From Ignavibacteriota bacterium (lineage in GTDB: Bacteria > Bacteroidota > Ignavibacteria > Palsa-1295), in contig CAWBEI010000005.1 of NCBI GenBank assembly GCA_963787835.1, positions 80,998 to 144,997 on the forward strand: 64,000 nt of DNA, given 5' to 3'. Position numbers and translations under genes: made by a program. Positions within the stretch are counted from its first letter, which is position 1; each line of letters starts with the position of its first letter. The notes beneath the pieces are model-generated. The model was not told the origin of the DNA and did not search any database. It was given only the letters and a program-made list of their open reading frames with translations. Positions 10,097 to 19,263 of this stretch are shown here, one piece after another.

Positions 10097-10420
10097 ATGC
10101 GGGTAAAGAAGAACGACATCGTTGAAGTGATCACGGGCAAGAGCCGCGGCAAGCAGGGGAAGATCCTGCGCGTCTATCCGGAGACGAACAAGGTGCTCGT
10201 CGAAGGCGTGAACACGCAGTTCAAGCACGAGCGCCCGAGCGCGAAGAACCAAAAGGGTGGCATCACAACGCGGGAAGCGCCGATCAATGCATCGAATGTG
10301 ATGCTCGTCGATCCGAAGACGAATCTTCGTACGCGCATCGGCAAACGCGAACTTATCGGAACCGAAGGCAAAGTACGTTTCGAGCGTTTCTCGAAACGGT
10401 CTGGCGATGTTTTAGCATAA
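10097..10420 (+). CDS. rplX: 50S ribosomal protein L24
   Basis: MRVKKNDIVEVITGKSRGKQGKIL (KOW motif); 107 aa. Confidence 0.93.
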   Translation: MRVKKNDIVEVITGKSRGKQGKILRVYPETNKVLVEGVNTQFKHERPSAKNQKGGITTREAPINASNVMLVDPKTNLRTRIGKRELIGTEGKVRFERFSKRSGDVLA

Positions 10421-10423
10421 AGT

Positions 10424-10491
10424 GTAGCCGTGACCTTTAGGTCACGGTTGCGGAGTAAGATTTTACACCGTGAGCTAAAGCTCACGGCTAT
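10424..10491 (+). repeat. Family E double-hairpin repeat, copy 2 (rplX|rplE junction)
   Basis: gtagccgtgacctttaggtcacgg...caccgtgagctaaagctcacggctat; same architecture as copy 1. Confidence 0.7.
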
Positions 10492-10535
10492 GAATGTAGT
10501 GACGGCCAATATCGTCACTTAAAATGAAATAGAAG

Positions 10536-11240
10536 ATGGCAGAAGAAAAAGAAAAGAAACCGAAAGCGGAAGGTAAGCCTCAGGGAGGCAAACCCAAGGC
10601 CGAAGGCAAGCCGAAGGGCGAGAAGCGAGCAAAAGGCGGGGATGACGGTGCTGAAAAAGCTCCTATTTCTAATCGCCCGGTGCCGCCTGCGCGTTTGCTC
10701 GGAATTTATCGCGAGCGCGTCGTACCCTCGATGATGAAGCGTTTCAATTACAGCAATGTGAACGAAGTGCCGCGCATTGATAAGATCGCAGTGAATATTG
10801 GCGTCGGCGTTGCCGCAAGCGACCCGAAGCTGCTCGAAGCTGCCGTTCGGGATCTCGAAGCGATCTCCGGTCAGAAGCCGGCGATCACAAAGGCGAAGAA
10901 ATCCATCTCGAATTTCAAGCTTCGCGAGAATCAGCCAATCGGCTGCCGCGTAACGTTGCGCCGCGCACGCATGTACGAATTTTTGGATCGCCTGATGACA
11001 ACGGCTATCCCACGCATCCGCGATTTTCGCGGCATTCCGGATAAGTCATTCGATGGACGCGGGAATTATACGCTCGGCATTCGCGAGCAGATCATTTTCC
11101 CGGAGATCGATGTCGATAAGGTTTCGCGTATTACGGGCATGGACATCACCTTCGCCACCAGCGCGAAATCGGACGAAGAAGCATTGGAACTTCTCAAAGC
11201 ATTTGGCCTGCCGTTCCGCAAACGGGAAACAGCAGCGTAA
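10536..11240 (+). CDS. rplE: 50S ribosomal protein L5 (with ~50-aa Lys-rich N-terminal extension)
   Basis: L5 core [35 protein letters not shown]..., preceded by a KPKAEGKP-type repeat region; 234 aa. Confidence 0.9.
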   Translation: MAEEKEKKPKAEGKPQGGKPKAEGKPKGEKRAKGGDDGAEKAPISNRPVPPARLLGIYRERVVPSMMKRFNYSNVNEVPRIDKIAVNIGVGVAASDPKLLEAAVRDLEAISGQKPAITKAKKSISNFKLRENQPIGCRVTLRRARMYEFLDRLMTTAIPRIRDFRGIPDKSFDGRGNYTLGIREQIIFPEIDVDKVSRITGMDITFATSAKSDEEALELLKAFGLPFRKRETAA

Positions 11241-11333
11241 TTAGTTAAGAATTAAGAATGAAGAGTTAAGAGTAGATCGAAGGACGAGATTTAGTACTTA
11301 GCACTTTAGCACTCAGCACTTTAGCACTTACAA

Positions 11334-11519
11334 ATGGCACGATTAGCCTTACGAGTAAAAGCCAAGCGAACACCGAAGTTCGCGACACGCAAGCACAACC
11401 GGTGCAACCGCTGCGGGCGGTCGCGCTCGTTCTATCGCAAGTTCGGCATTTGCCGAATCTGCTTCCGTGAGCTTGCGCTCGAAGGAAAGATACCGGGCGT
11501 TCGTAAGTCAAGCTGGTAA
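11334..11519 (+). CDS. rpsN: 30S ribosomal protein S14 type Z (zinc-binding)
   Basis: 61 aa with CNRCGR...CRICFRE (two CxxC pairs). Confidence 0.92.
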   Translation: MARLALRVKAKRTPKFATRKHNRCNRCGRSRSFYRKFGICRICFRELALEGKIPGVRKSSW

Positions 11520-11543
11520 TTTTGGCGTAGATGTAATTTTTTA

Positions 11544-11933
11544 TTGATGGATACAATCGGAGATTTTTTAACACGAGTTCGCAACGCCCTGGGGGCGAGG
11601 CACAAGTACGTCGATGTACCCGCATCCAAGATGAAACTTGCGATGGGAGAGATCCTGCGCGAGCAAGGATACGTCGAAGCGGTCGAGAAGATCGAGGATA
11701 CCAAGCAGGGAATGATCCGCGTCACACTGAAATATACGAACGGCGCACCGGCGATCATGGGCCTGAAGCGCATTTCCACTCCGGGATTACGCAAGTACAC
11801 CTCCGCATCGCAGACGCCGCGCGTACTCTCCGGACTCGGTATTGCGATCCTTTCTACGCCGAAAGGACTCATGACCGATAAGCAAGCGCGCCAGGCAAAT
11901 GTGGGCGGCGAAGTGCTTTGCTACATTTGGTAA
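11544..11933 (+). CDS. rpsH: 30S ribosomal protein S8
   Basis: DTIGDFLTRVRNA...; 129 aa. Confidence 0.93.
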   Translation: MMDTIGDFLTRVRNALGARHKYVDVPASKMKLAMGEILREQGYVEAVEKIEDTKQGMIRVTLKYTNGAPAIMGLKRISTPGLRKYTSASQTPRVLSGLGIAILSTPKGLMTDKQARQANVGGEVLCYIW

Positions 11934-12061
11934 CTCATATTTAGACTGAGATTCATAAGATTTTGAAATGATTTTTGGGATAGGGGATTTAGGGATTAGT
12001 TTTGGGATAGCACATCCCACGAATCCCTTAAAAATCTTATAAATCCCAGTCAAGGAACGAT

Positions 12062-12601
12062 ATGTCGAGAATAGGAAGAAAAGTTATTGCGATTCCGAAG
12101 GGCGTGACGATCACAGCCAAGGATGGTGCGCTCACGGTCAAAGGACCGAAAGGCCAGCTTGCACAGCAGATACCGCCTGAGATCGGTATTAAGATCGAAG
12201 GGGAAGAGCTTTCGTTCACACGTTCGAGCGATGTAGCAAACGTTCGCGCACTTCACGGGCTTTCACGTGCGCTTGCCAATAATATGGTCGTTGGCGTGAC
12301 CACCGGTTATCAGAAAAAGCTGGATCTGGTAGGCGTTGGATTCAAGGCTGAGAAAAAAGGCAAGTGGGTGCAGTTCGCTTTGGGATACTCTCATCCTGTG
12401 GCGTTCGTGCCACCGCCGGAGATCACCATCGATGTTCCAGCGCCGACTCAAGTAACCATTAGCGGTATTGATAAACAGCTTGTCGGAGCAGTAGCCGCGA
12501 AGATTCGCTCCATTCGTCCGCCGGAACCTTACAAGGGCAAGGGCGTGAAATATTCGGACGAGACCATTCGCCGTAAAGCCGGTAAGACAGCAGGAAAATA
12601 A
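12062..12601 (+). CDS. rplF: 50S ribosomal protein L6
   Basis: MSRIGRKVIAIPKGVTIT...; 179 aa, two L6 repeats. Confidence 0.93.
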   Translation: MSRIGRKVIAIPKGVTITAKDGALTVKGPKGQLAQQIPPEIGIKIEGEELSFTRSSDVANVRALHGLSRALANNMVVGVTTGYQKKLDLVGVGFKAEKKGKWVQFALGYSHPVAFVPPPEITIDVPAPTQVTISGIDKQLVGAVAAKIRSIRPPEPYKGKGVKYSDETIRRKAGKTAGK

Positions 12602-12696
12602 ACCACGATTTACAAGATTTTAAGGATTAAGAAGGATGGATTTTAAGATTTTTACGATTCTATGTTTCCTAAATCTCAAAAATCCGAGTTAAGATT

Positions 12697-13053
12697 ATGG
12701 CATCGAAACTGAAATTAAAGGATAGAGAACTTCGGCGCGAACGGCGCAGGCATAAGATTCGCAAGACCGTCGAAGGGACGAGCGCTCGTCCGCGCCTTGT
12801 GATCTTTCGCAGCAATACCGGCGTCTATGCGCAGCTTGTGGACGATTCGCAGGGATTTACGCTTGCCGCAGCCAGCAGCAAAGGACTGAGCGGTAAAAAG
12901 TCCGAAGTTGCGAAACAGACCGGTGCAGCGCTTGCGGGCATTGCTACCGAAAAGGGAATTAAGTCGGTCGTGTTCGATCGTAATGGATATTTGTATCATG
13001 GCCGTGTGAAGGCGCTTGCAGAAGGCGCGCGCGAAGGCGGCCTGGCATTCTGA
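12697..13053 (+). CDS. rplR: 50S ribosomal protein L18
   Basis: 118 aa; [10 protein letters not shown]...[17 protein letters not shown]. Confidence 0.92.
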   Translation: MASKLKLKDRELRRERRRHKIRKTVEGTSARPRLVIFRSNTGVYAQLVDDSQGFTLAAASSKGLSGKKSEVAKQTGAALAGIATEKGIKSVVFDRNGYLYHGRVKALAEGAREGGLAF

Positions 13054-13070
13054 TTTTATAGAAAACATAC

Positions 13071-13574
13071 GTGGCAAAAATTCGATCAGCCGAACTCAAT
13101 CTTAAGGACAAACTTGTCGCCGTCAATCGCGTTGCGAAAGTGGTGAAGGGCGGACGCCGTTTTAGCTTTAATGCGATCGTTGCTGTGGGCGATGGCGGCG
13201 GACACGTCGGCATTGGTCTTGGCAAATCCAACGAAGTGGCCGATGCGGTAACCAAAGCGACGGAAGATGCGAAGCGTAACGTGCATTCCGTGCCACTTCG
13301 CCGAGGAACAATTCCTCACGCGATCGAAGGTAAGTTTGGTGCAGGCAGAGTATTTTTGAAGCCGGCATCTCCTGGAACGGGACTCATCGCCGGCGGCGGC
13401 GTGCGTGCCGTGCTGGAACTCGCGGGTGTGCAGGATATTCTGACGAAATCGCAAGGTTCATCGAATCCGCACAATCTCGTAAAGGCAACGATGGCCGCCC
13501 TCGAAAGCCTGAACGATGCTTCGATGGTCTCCGAACGCCGAGGTGTTTCGCTCACAAAAGTTTTTAACGGATAA
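13071..13574 (+). CDS. rpsE: 30S ribosomal protein S5
   Basis: [34 protein letters not shown]; 167 aa. Confidence 0.95.
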   Translation: MAKIRSAELNLKDKLVAVNRVAKVVKGGRRFSFNAIVAVGDGGGHVGIGLGKSNEVADAVTKATEDAKRNVHSVPLRRGTIPHAIEGKFGAGRVFLKPASPGTGLIAGGGVRAVLELAGVQDILTKSQGSSNPHNLVKATMAALESLNDASMVSERRGVSLTKVFNG

Positions 13575-13583
13575 AATATATTT

Positions 13584-13645
13584 GTAGCCGTGACCTTCAG
13601 GTCACGGTGTGCTTTTTGTAACCGTGACCTAAAGGTCACGACTAC
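13584..13645 (+). repeat. Family E double-hairpin repeat, copy 3 (rpsE|rpmD junction)
   Basis: gtagccgtgaccttcaggtcacgg...aaccgtgacctaaaggtcacgactac. Confidence 0.7.
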
Positions 13646-13661
13646 GAAGAGATAAGGGTAG

Positions 13662-13859
13662 ATGGTTATGGCAACAGCAAAGAAGATTCTTGTAAAGCAG
13701 ACGCGTTCGGTCAACGACACGCTCCAGGTACACAAGCGCACGATCAAGGCGCTCGGACTCGGTCGCCCGAACTACGTTGCCATCCACAACGATACTCCCG
13801 CCATTCGCGGCATGATCCGCGCGGTTCAGCATTTGGTGAAGGTCGAAGACGTGAAGTAA
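13662..13859 (+). CDS. rpmD: 50S ribosomal protein L30
   Basis: KKILVKQTRSVNDTLQVHKRTIKALGLGRPNYVAIHNDTPAIRGMI; 65 aa. This is the last gene of the ribosomal cluster here. Confidence 0.9.
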   Translation: MVMATAKKILVKQTRSVNDTLQVHKRTIKALGLGRPNYVAIHNDTPAIRGMIRAVQHLVKVEDVK

Positions 13860-13934
13860 ATGTGTAGCGCAAACGTTAGTTTGCGTGCGTGCTGCAATGC
13901 ACGTCGTATGTCCCAAACGAGCACATTACTTCAC
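13851..13934. terminator. Bidirectional terminator-like inverted repeat between convergent rpmD and T9SS cargo gene
   Basis: Arms gtgaagtaaatgtg / gcacattacttcac flank an inner hairpin cgcaaac-gtta-gtttgcg. Confidence 0.4.
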
Positions 13935-13942
13935 GTCTTCGA

Positions 13943-14815
13943 TCATTTCGCCACCACAACCGGCACGCGCAACACCTGCCCGTTCATTCTCACTACACAC
14001 ACATACGCGCCGGATGCAGCACCGTTCGCATCCCATGTGAAGGAATGATTACCAGCATCTAACGTCCCATCGTATAGCCTCGCAACCTCGCTGCCCAAAA
14101 GATTATAGATGCTCACATTCACTGGTGAAGCGTCATCCGTCGAAAAGCTGATCGTTGCCTCATACGAAATGGGATTGGGATAGATGGTTAAAGGTTGTGG
14201 TGATCCCGGCAATACGGATACACCGTTCGACGGTATGAGCTTGAGGAAAGTGATGTTGTTAACGAGGGACTTCCAAGTAGCAGGGTAAATTGATACACCA
14301 AATGCCCCTGTGAGCATGATTTGAAGCGAATCCGACGAAGTTAGCATTAACGTATCGGTAAGAAAATATTGTATCCAATTCGTATCAAGTGTCCCAGTCG
14401 TGCTGTCGATAATAGTGCCTAATACTTTAGTCATTATTATAGTATCATTCCGAACGAGCAAAGCAGTTCCGGTGCCTCTTTGAATTGACTTTGCCCAACA
14501 GCTGAGTTGATAGATGCCACTCGATAAATGTGTGAACGTTCGACTAACCTCATCTGCAGAAGCTGAAAACCAAATCGATAGTTTAGCATTTGATCCGGGG
14601 GGCGCACCAGGTAGGAAAAAAAATGCTGTGTCGGTTCCCACAATATCTAATGCCCAATCACCAAGCCATGGCGATCCGCTGCTATCGAAAACGAAGTTGT
14701 TGATAATGACTGAATCCGTTAACGGTTGCGCAACCGCCGAAGCGGGTTTAAGTAAAATTAACGACGCAAATACAAAAATGACGATAGTGAGAGTGAATTT
14801 CATACTTGGCTTTTT
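13943..14815 (-). CDS. Secreted protein with T9SS C-terminal sorting domain
   Basis: Signal peptide MKKPSMKFTLTIVIFVFASLILLKPASAVA; C-terminal tail ...YPNPISYEATISF...VSIYNLLGSEVARLYDGTLDAGNHSFTWDA...VVRMNGQVLRVPVVVAK typical of a Por-secretion tail. Start chosen at the Met preceding the signal peptide. Confidence 0.7.
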   Translation of the reverse strand, partial: KKPSMKFTLTIVIFVFASLILLKPASAVAQPLTDSVIINNFVFDSSGSPWLGDWALDIVGTDTAFFFLPGAPPGSNAKLSIWFSASADEVSRTFTHLSSGIYQLSCWAKSIQRGTGTALLVRNDTIIMTKVLGTIIDSTTGTLDTNWIQYFLTDTLMLTSSDSLQIMLTGAFGVSIYPATWKSLVNNITFLKLIPSNGVSVLPGSPQPLTIYPNPISYEATISFSTDDASPVNVSIYNLLGSEVARLYDGTLDAGNHSFTWDANGAASGAYVCVVRMNGQVLRVPVVVAK

Positions 14816-14937
14816 CATCACCAGCCCCATATTAGGAAGACCAACGAAACTACAAAAGGTAACCGAGTTTGCAAGAAAAGCACTATTTATTTTGAAATAT
14901 GCCATATATTGGCCAGAACAATAGAAAAATAATTAAG

Positions 14938-15887
14938 TCATGCCGCCGCTCGCCGCAATCTATCATTGATAGCCCTTCCCAATCCCGTTTCAGGGAATTC
15001 TTCGGCGAGAATGATTCTGAGTTTCAGCGAATCGAGGTATCGCATGGCGGCAAAGAGGTTCTTGCTGGCTTCGTGCAGGTTGCCGGTGGGTGAAAGCATG
15101 ACTTGATGCACCTGCGGAATTCCTGCATAGCTCTTCCGGAAGCTGAGAATGCCTATTGTGCTTTGGTCGTAATGCGTGAGGTCGATCGGCCCAAGTTTTA
15201 GTGGCGTTCGCGTGGCGTAATGGCTTTTCATGCTGCCGGGGCTATGCACGACATCTGGCGATGCGGTGCCAACGATAACCTTCCCAACCACGCTTTCTAT
15301 TTCTTCAACAGAGATCCCACCCAATCGTAGAATGTGCAGCTTGCCATTCTCTTCGGCCACAATAGTCGATTCAAGTCCGACGGAGCATTCGCCGCCATCG
15401 AGAACATAGGGAATCTTTCCGCCAAGCTGATCCATCACGTGCTGCGCGGAGGTTGGGCTGACATATCCGAACGGATTTGCGCTAGGCGCCGCAAGCGGGA
15501 AATCGAGCTGTGCAAGAAGTTCCTGTGTGAGCGGGCTGTTCGGAACTCGCACAGCGACAGTATCGAGTCCGGAAGTAACAATATCGGGAATGATAGCGCG
15601 TTTCGGTAGCACAAGCGTCAGCGGTCCCGGCCAAAATGCACCCGCAAGGGACGCAGCCCAATCTTGGAATGATGTTACATACTCTGAAAGCTGATCTCGA
15701 CTTATGCCATGCACAATGAGCGGGTCGAATTTGGGCCGCTGCTTAACTTCGAAAATATGCAGGACGGCTTCTTCATTCAGCGCATTTGCGGCAAGGCCAT
15801 AGACCGTTTCTGTCGGGATCGCGACGAGTAAGCCACGAGAGAGTAGTTCGCGGCTTTTGCAACGTCTTTACCGATTTCGGTGGTCAT
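14938..15887 (-). CDS. tsaC: L-threonylcarbamoyladenylate synthase (Sua5/TsaC type) with apparent 1-nt frameshift near codon 13
   Basis: PGPLTLVLP, AAPSANPFG, LDGGECSVGLESTIV motifs in the main frame. The N-terminal MTTEIGKDVAKAA is in another frame, and the conserved LLSRGLLVAIPTETVYGLAANA continues only after a -1 shift at about 15843-15854. Confidence 0.6.
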
Positions 15888-15904
15888 GCTTATTTTATTA
15901 TGCA

Positions 15905-16032
15905 GTCATTGCGAGGAGGAATTGCGAAGCGGAGCGTAGCAATTCCGACGAAGCAATCCACAGCGATTAACTTTCTGAGATTGCTTCGTCGAGTTCAGCT
16001 CCCTTCGGTCGCTGAACTCTCCTCGCAATGAC
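15905..16032. repeat. Family A MITE-like repeat, copy 2
   Basis: Same terminal inverted repeats and internal motifs as 4291..4419; ends 17 nt from the tsaC ATG. Confidence 0.7.
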
Positions 16033-16068
16033 GTGGAGATCAAACAGATTGCACTTCGACGCGCGGCG

Positions 16069-17412
16069 TCACGGCCTTTTTATCCAGCAACGCTGGCCAA
16101 TAGGCGACAACTTCGCTTGGCTTCGGTCTTCCGCCGCAAAACCCGTCACGCTTGGAGGGCCTGTCAGAATCAGCGGCGCAAGTTCCTTCCCAAATCGTTC
16201 GATGGACGCTTTATCTTGCCCGCGTACACCCCATTTGATGACGACCTCCTGGACCTCATCCATATCAACAGGTGTAAGTGGACCGTGGCAGGAGTTTACG
16301 CCGAGAAACTCCGTTCTCATTTCATCGAACGTGCAACCGGCATCTTTAAGCCTTGTTCGAAGGATCTTGTCGGATAATCTGGCTTTCTCCATTGCGTCCG
16401 GCCAGGTGTAGGTGAGCGTACCCTGCGCGGAAAAGCCGTCGCGGTAGGACATGGATACTTTGTAGGAATCCGTTGCAGGACGCCCTTGAATGCCAGAGAC
16501 CTTCACGCGGTCACGGCCCAGATCATCGAGATGAATAGATGTGAAATCCGCGACACAATCCGGAGTGATATAATTGGTTGGATCACCAATCTCATACAGG
16601 CATTGCTCGGCGACCGTTTGGCGGGAAACGAGTCCTCCGGTTTTCGGATGTTTGGTGATGATGAAATCTCCATTCAGATACGCTTCCGCAATTGGGAACC
16701 CAATGTGCGCCATATCTTTCACCGATTTCCAATCGGCAGAGAAATTCCCACCGGAGGACTGTGCGCCGCATTCGAGAATGTGCCCTGCGACGGTTCCGGC
16801 TGCCATCAAATCCCAATCCTCAGGTTTCCATCCAAATTCATGGATCATGGGTGCGAGCGTTAATCCCGTATCGGTTGTGCGACCTGTCACGACGATCTGC
16901 GCTCCCTGCCGGAGTGCCTCAACAATAGGCCAAGCACCAAAATAAACATTTGCAGAAAGCAGACGGTCACGAATATCGCTGACTGGCTCACCAGTTTCCA
17001 TGTTTTTGAGTTTGTGGCCGTGCGCAAGGAGTGGATCGAGTCCATCCAGAATATTATCGCCAAGCACAACGCCCACTTTGATCGGAATGCCTCGACGGCG
17101 GGCTACTTCAAAAATGGCATCGCGGCAGCCTTCGGGATTTACGCCGCCTCCATTGGTGATGATCTTAATGTTCTTTTCGACGATATCCGGCAGGATCGCG
17201 TCGATCACGTCGATGAGATCACGAGCGTATCCTGCGCGCGGATCCCTCAGTTTTTGCTTTTGCATGATGGACATCGTAACCTCGGCGAGGTAATCCATCA
17301 TCATGTAATCGAGGGGGGATTCAGCGGATGCCCGTTTAATTTGGTCGATCGGCGCGGATGGCAGGTCGCCCCAGAAACCCTGACCCGATGCAATGCGTAT
17401 GCGTTCTTTCAC
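16069..17412 (-). CDS. AtuA-like (DUF1446) acyclic-terpene-utilisation family protein
   Basis: 447 aa; IASGQGFWGD N-terminus, NGGGVNP, TGRTTDTGL blocks typical of DUF1446. Confidence 0.55.
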   Translation of the reverse strand: MKERIRIASGQGFWGDLPSAPIDQIKRASAESPLDYMMMDYLAEVTMSIMQKQKLRDPRAGYARDLIDVIDAILPDIVEKNIKIITNGGGVNPEGCRDAIFEVARRRGIPIKVGVVLGDNILDGLDPLLAHGHKLKNMETGEPVSDIRDRLLSANVYFGAWPIVEALRQGAQIVVTGRTTDTGLTLAPMIHEFGWKPEDWDLMAAGTVAGHILECGAQSSGGNFSADWKSVKDMAHIGFPIAEAYLNGDFIITKHPKTGGLVSRQTVAEQCLYEIGDPTNYITPDCVADFTSIHLDDLGRDRVKVSGIQGRPATDSYKVSMSYRDGFSAQGTLTYTWPDAMEKARLSDKILRTRLKDAGCTFDEMRTEFLGVNSCHGPLTPVDMDEVQEVVIKWGVRGQDKASIERFGKELAPLILTGPPSVTGFAAEDRSQAKLSPIGQRCWIKRP

Positions 17413-17500
17413 GTGCAGTGTTTAATTAGAATAGCACGTAAACATCGGAAGCCTCTCATTTCTCCTTAATTTTGTAGATAATTTTTTCTTTTTTACGAAC

Positions 17501-18160
17501 ATGAAAATAGCTGTTTTAGGAAGCGGGATGGTTGGGCAGACCATTGGTTCGAAGCTTGTCGAGTTAGGGCATGAAGTCAAGATGGGCTCGCGTATTGCCA
17601 CAAATGAGGAAGCCGCTGGATGGGTGAGCAAAGCCGGCTCCGGTGCATCACAAGGCACATTCTCGGATGCCGCAAAATTTGGCGAGATCGTTTTGAATTG
17701 CACGGGCGGGATGGTCTCGCTCGATGCGCTTCGGATGGCTGGAAGTGCCAACCTTGCAGGAAAGATCTTAATTGATATTTCCAACCCACTCGATTTTTCG
17801 AAGGGATTTCCGCCAACACTTTCAGTATGTAACGATGATTCTGTTGGCGAGCAAATTCAGCGGGAGTTTCCAGATGCGAAAGTGGTGAAAACGTTGAACA
17901 CCGTGAATTGTGTGCTCATGGTTAATCCGTCTCTTCTGCACGGCGACCATGATCTTTTTATGAGCGGTAACGATGCCGATGCGAAAGCAGTGGTTCGGAA
18001 AATCCTCACAGAATGGTTCGGATGGAAGACGGTAATTGATCTGGGCGATATTACAACCGCTCGCGGTACTGAACAACTGCTGCCGATCTGGGTACGGCTG
18101 ATGGGGCTGTTCAAATCTCCGCAGTTTAATTTTCATATCGTTCGCGCAGAGAACCCTTAA
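17501..18160 (+). CDS. NAD(P)-binding oxidoreductase, F420-dependent NADP reductase-like family
   Basis: MKIAVLGSGMVGQTIGSKLVELGHEV Rossmann N-terminus; 219 aa. Confidence 0.5.
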   Translation: MKIAVLGSGMVGQTIGSKLVELGHEVKMGSRIATNEEAAGWVSKAGSGASQGTFSDAAKFGEIVLNCTGGMVSLDALRMAGSANLAGKILIDISNPLDFSKGFPPTLSVCNDDSVGEQIQREFPDAKVVKTLNTVNCVLMVNPSLLHGDHDLFMSGNDADAKAVVRKILTEWFGWKTVIDLGDITTARGTEQLLPIWVRLMGLFKSPQFNFHIVRAENP

Positions 18161-19122
18161 TGAGAATTGGAATTATTGGCCAGCCCTGCATCGATGAGAT
18201 CATCCATGTTGCTCATTCATCCGCAGTTCCCGAGCAGGCGTTAGGTGGGGTGTTCTATTCCTACGCAGCAATGGAGCGATTGATGAGAAAGTGCGGTTCG
18301 GAAGGCGATTTATTCGCACCGTTGACGTGGCTTTCGGAGCCTGATCGTCCCTTTCTGGAAACCCTGCTGAATAAGTTCCAACACATTAATCGCGGAACCG
18401 GATTGTGGCCAACGGATTCGCAAACAAACCGCGTCCAGCTTGTCTATCGAGAAAATGGTGAACGAACGGAGCATTGCCCGCATATCCTTCCATCATTAAA
18501 CTTGAACCAACTTTCGGTGGACGTGGTGGACTCGTTGGACGGATTGTTTGTCAATATGATCTCTGGATACGATGTTTCGATTGACACTTTGGAAGCAGCG
18601 TTGAACGGGGTTGTAAAACGGCCTTATGTTCATGTTGATATTCATGCGCTGGTGCTTGGTTCACTCTCAGAACGCGATGAAAATGCTCCGTTTGGTGGCG
18701 GACGCGAGCCACGCGGTGTGAAAGAATGGAAGCGATGGCTTGCAATTGCCGATTCAGTGCAACTGAACGAACTTGAACTACGCTGGTTTGCCGATCCGGA
18801 GATTAGATCGGAGCAAGAGTTCGTGATGAATATCATGTTGACAGGCCAGTTTCCAAAACTGAAACATCTGATCCTAACACGAGCAGTGCGGGGTGCGACA
18901 CTGTTCGATTTCAAGAACGAGATGGTGTATAATGCTACACCGCCCACGATCAAGGCCATTGAGACGACTGGCTCCGGTGATGTATTTGGCTCGGCGTTCG
19001 TATTTTCAGTTCTTTCCGGGAAGCCTCCTGATGAGGCTCTGCAAAATGCCGTGGAAATGGCTTCGTGGAATACTACGTTAAAGGGTATCGATCAAATACT
19101 TGAAGCACCATTTATTTCATAA
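18160..19122 (+). CDS. PfkB-family carbohydrate/nucleoside kinase
   Basis: C-terminal TTGSGDVFGSAFV (pfkB signature 2); start overlaps the previous stop (ATGA). Confidence 0.6.
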   Translation: MRIGIIGQPCIDEIIHVAHSSAVPEQALGGVFYSYAAMERLMRKCGSEGDLFAPLTWLSEPDRPFLETLLNKFQHINRGTGLWPTDSQTNRVQLVYRENGERTEHCPHILPSLNLNQLSVDVVDSLDGLFVNMISGYDVSIDTLEAALNGVVKRPYVHVDIHALVLGSLSERDENAPFGGGREPRGVKEWKRWLAIADSVQLNELELRWFADPEIRSEQEFVMNIMLTGQFPKLKHLILTRAVRGATLFDFKNEMVYNATPPTIKAIETTGSGDVFGSAFVFSVLSGKPPDEALQNAVEMASWNTTLKGIDQILEAPFIS

Positions 19123-19137
19123 ACGAAGACTTTTTCT

Positions 19138-19246
19138 GTCATTGCGAGGAGTCCCAGAGGGACGACGAAGCAATCTCGATCTGAAGGTTACAGATTGCTT
19201 CGTCGAATTTAGCTCCCCCCGGTCGCAAAATGCTTCTCGCAATGAC
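19138..19246. repeat. Family A MITE-like repeat, copy 3 (shorter)
   Basis: gtcattgcgaggag...cgacgaagcaatc...gattgcttcgtcga...ctcgcaatgac; ends 17 nt before the pip ATG. Confidence 0.65.
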
Positions 19247-19263
19247 GCTTAAAAATAAACAAA

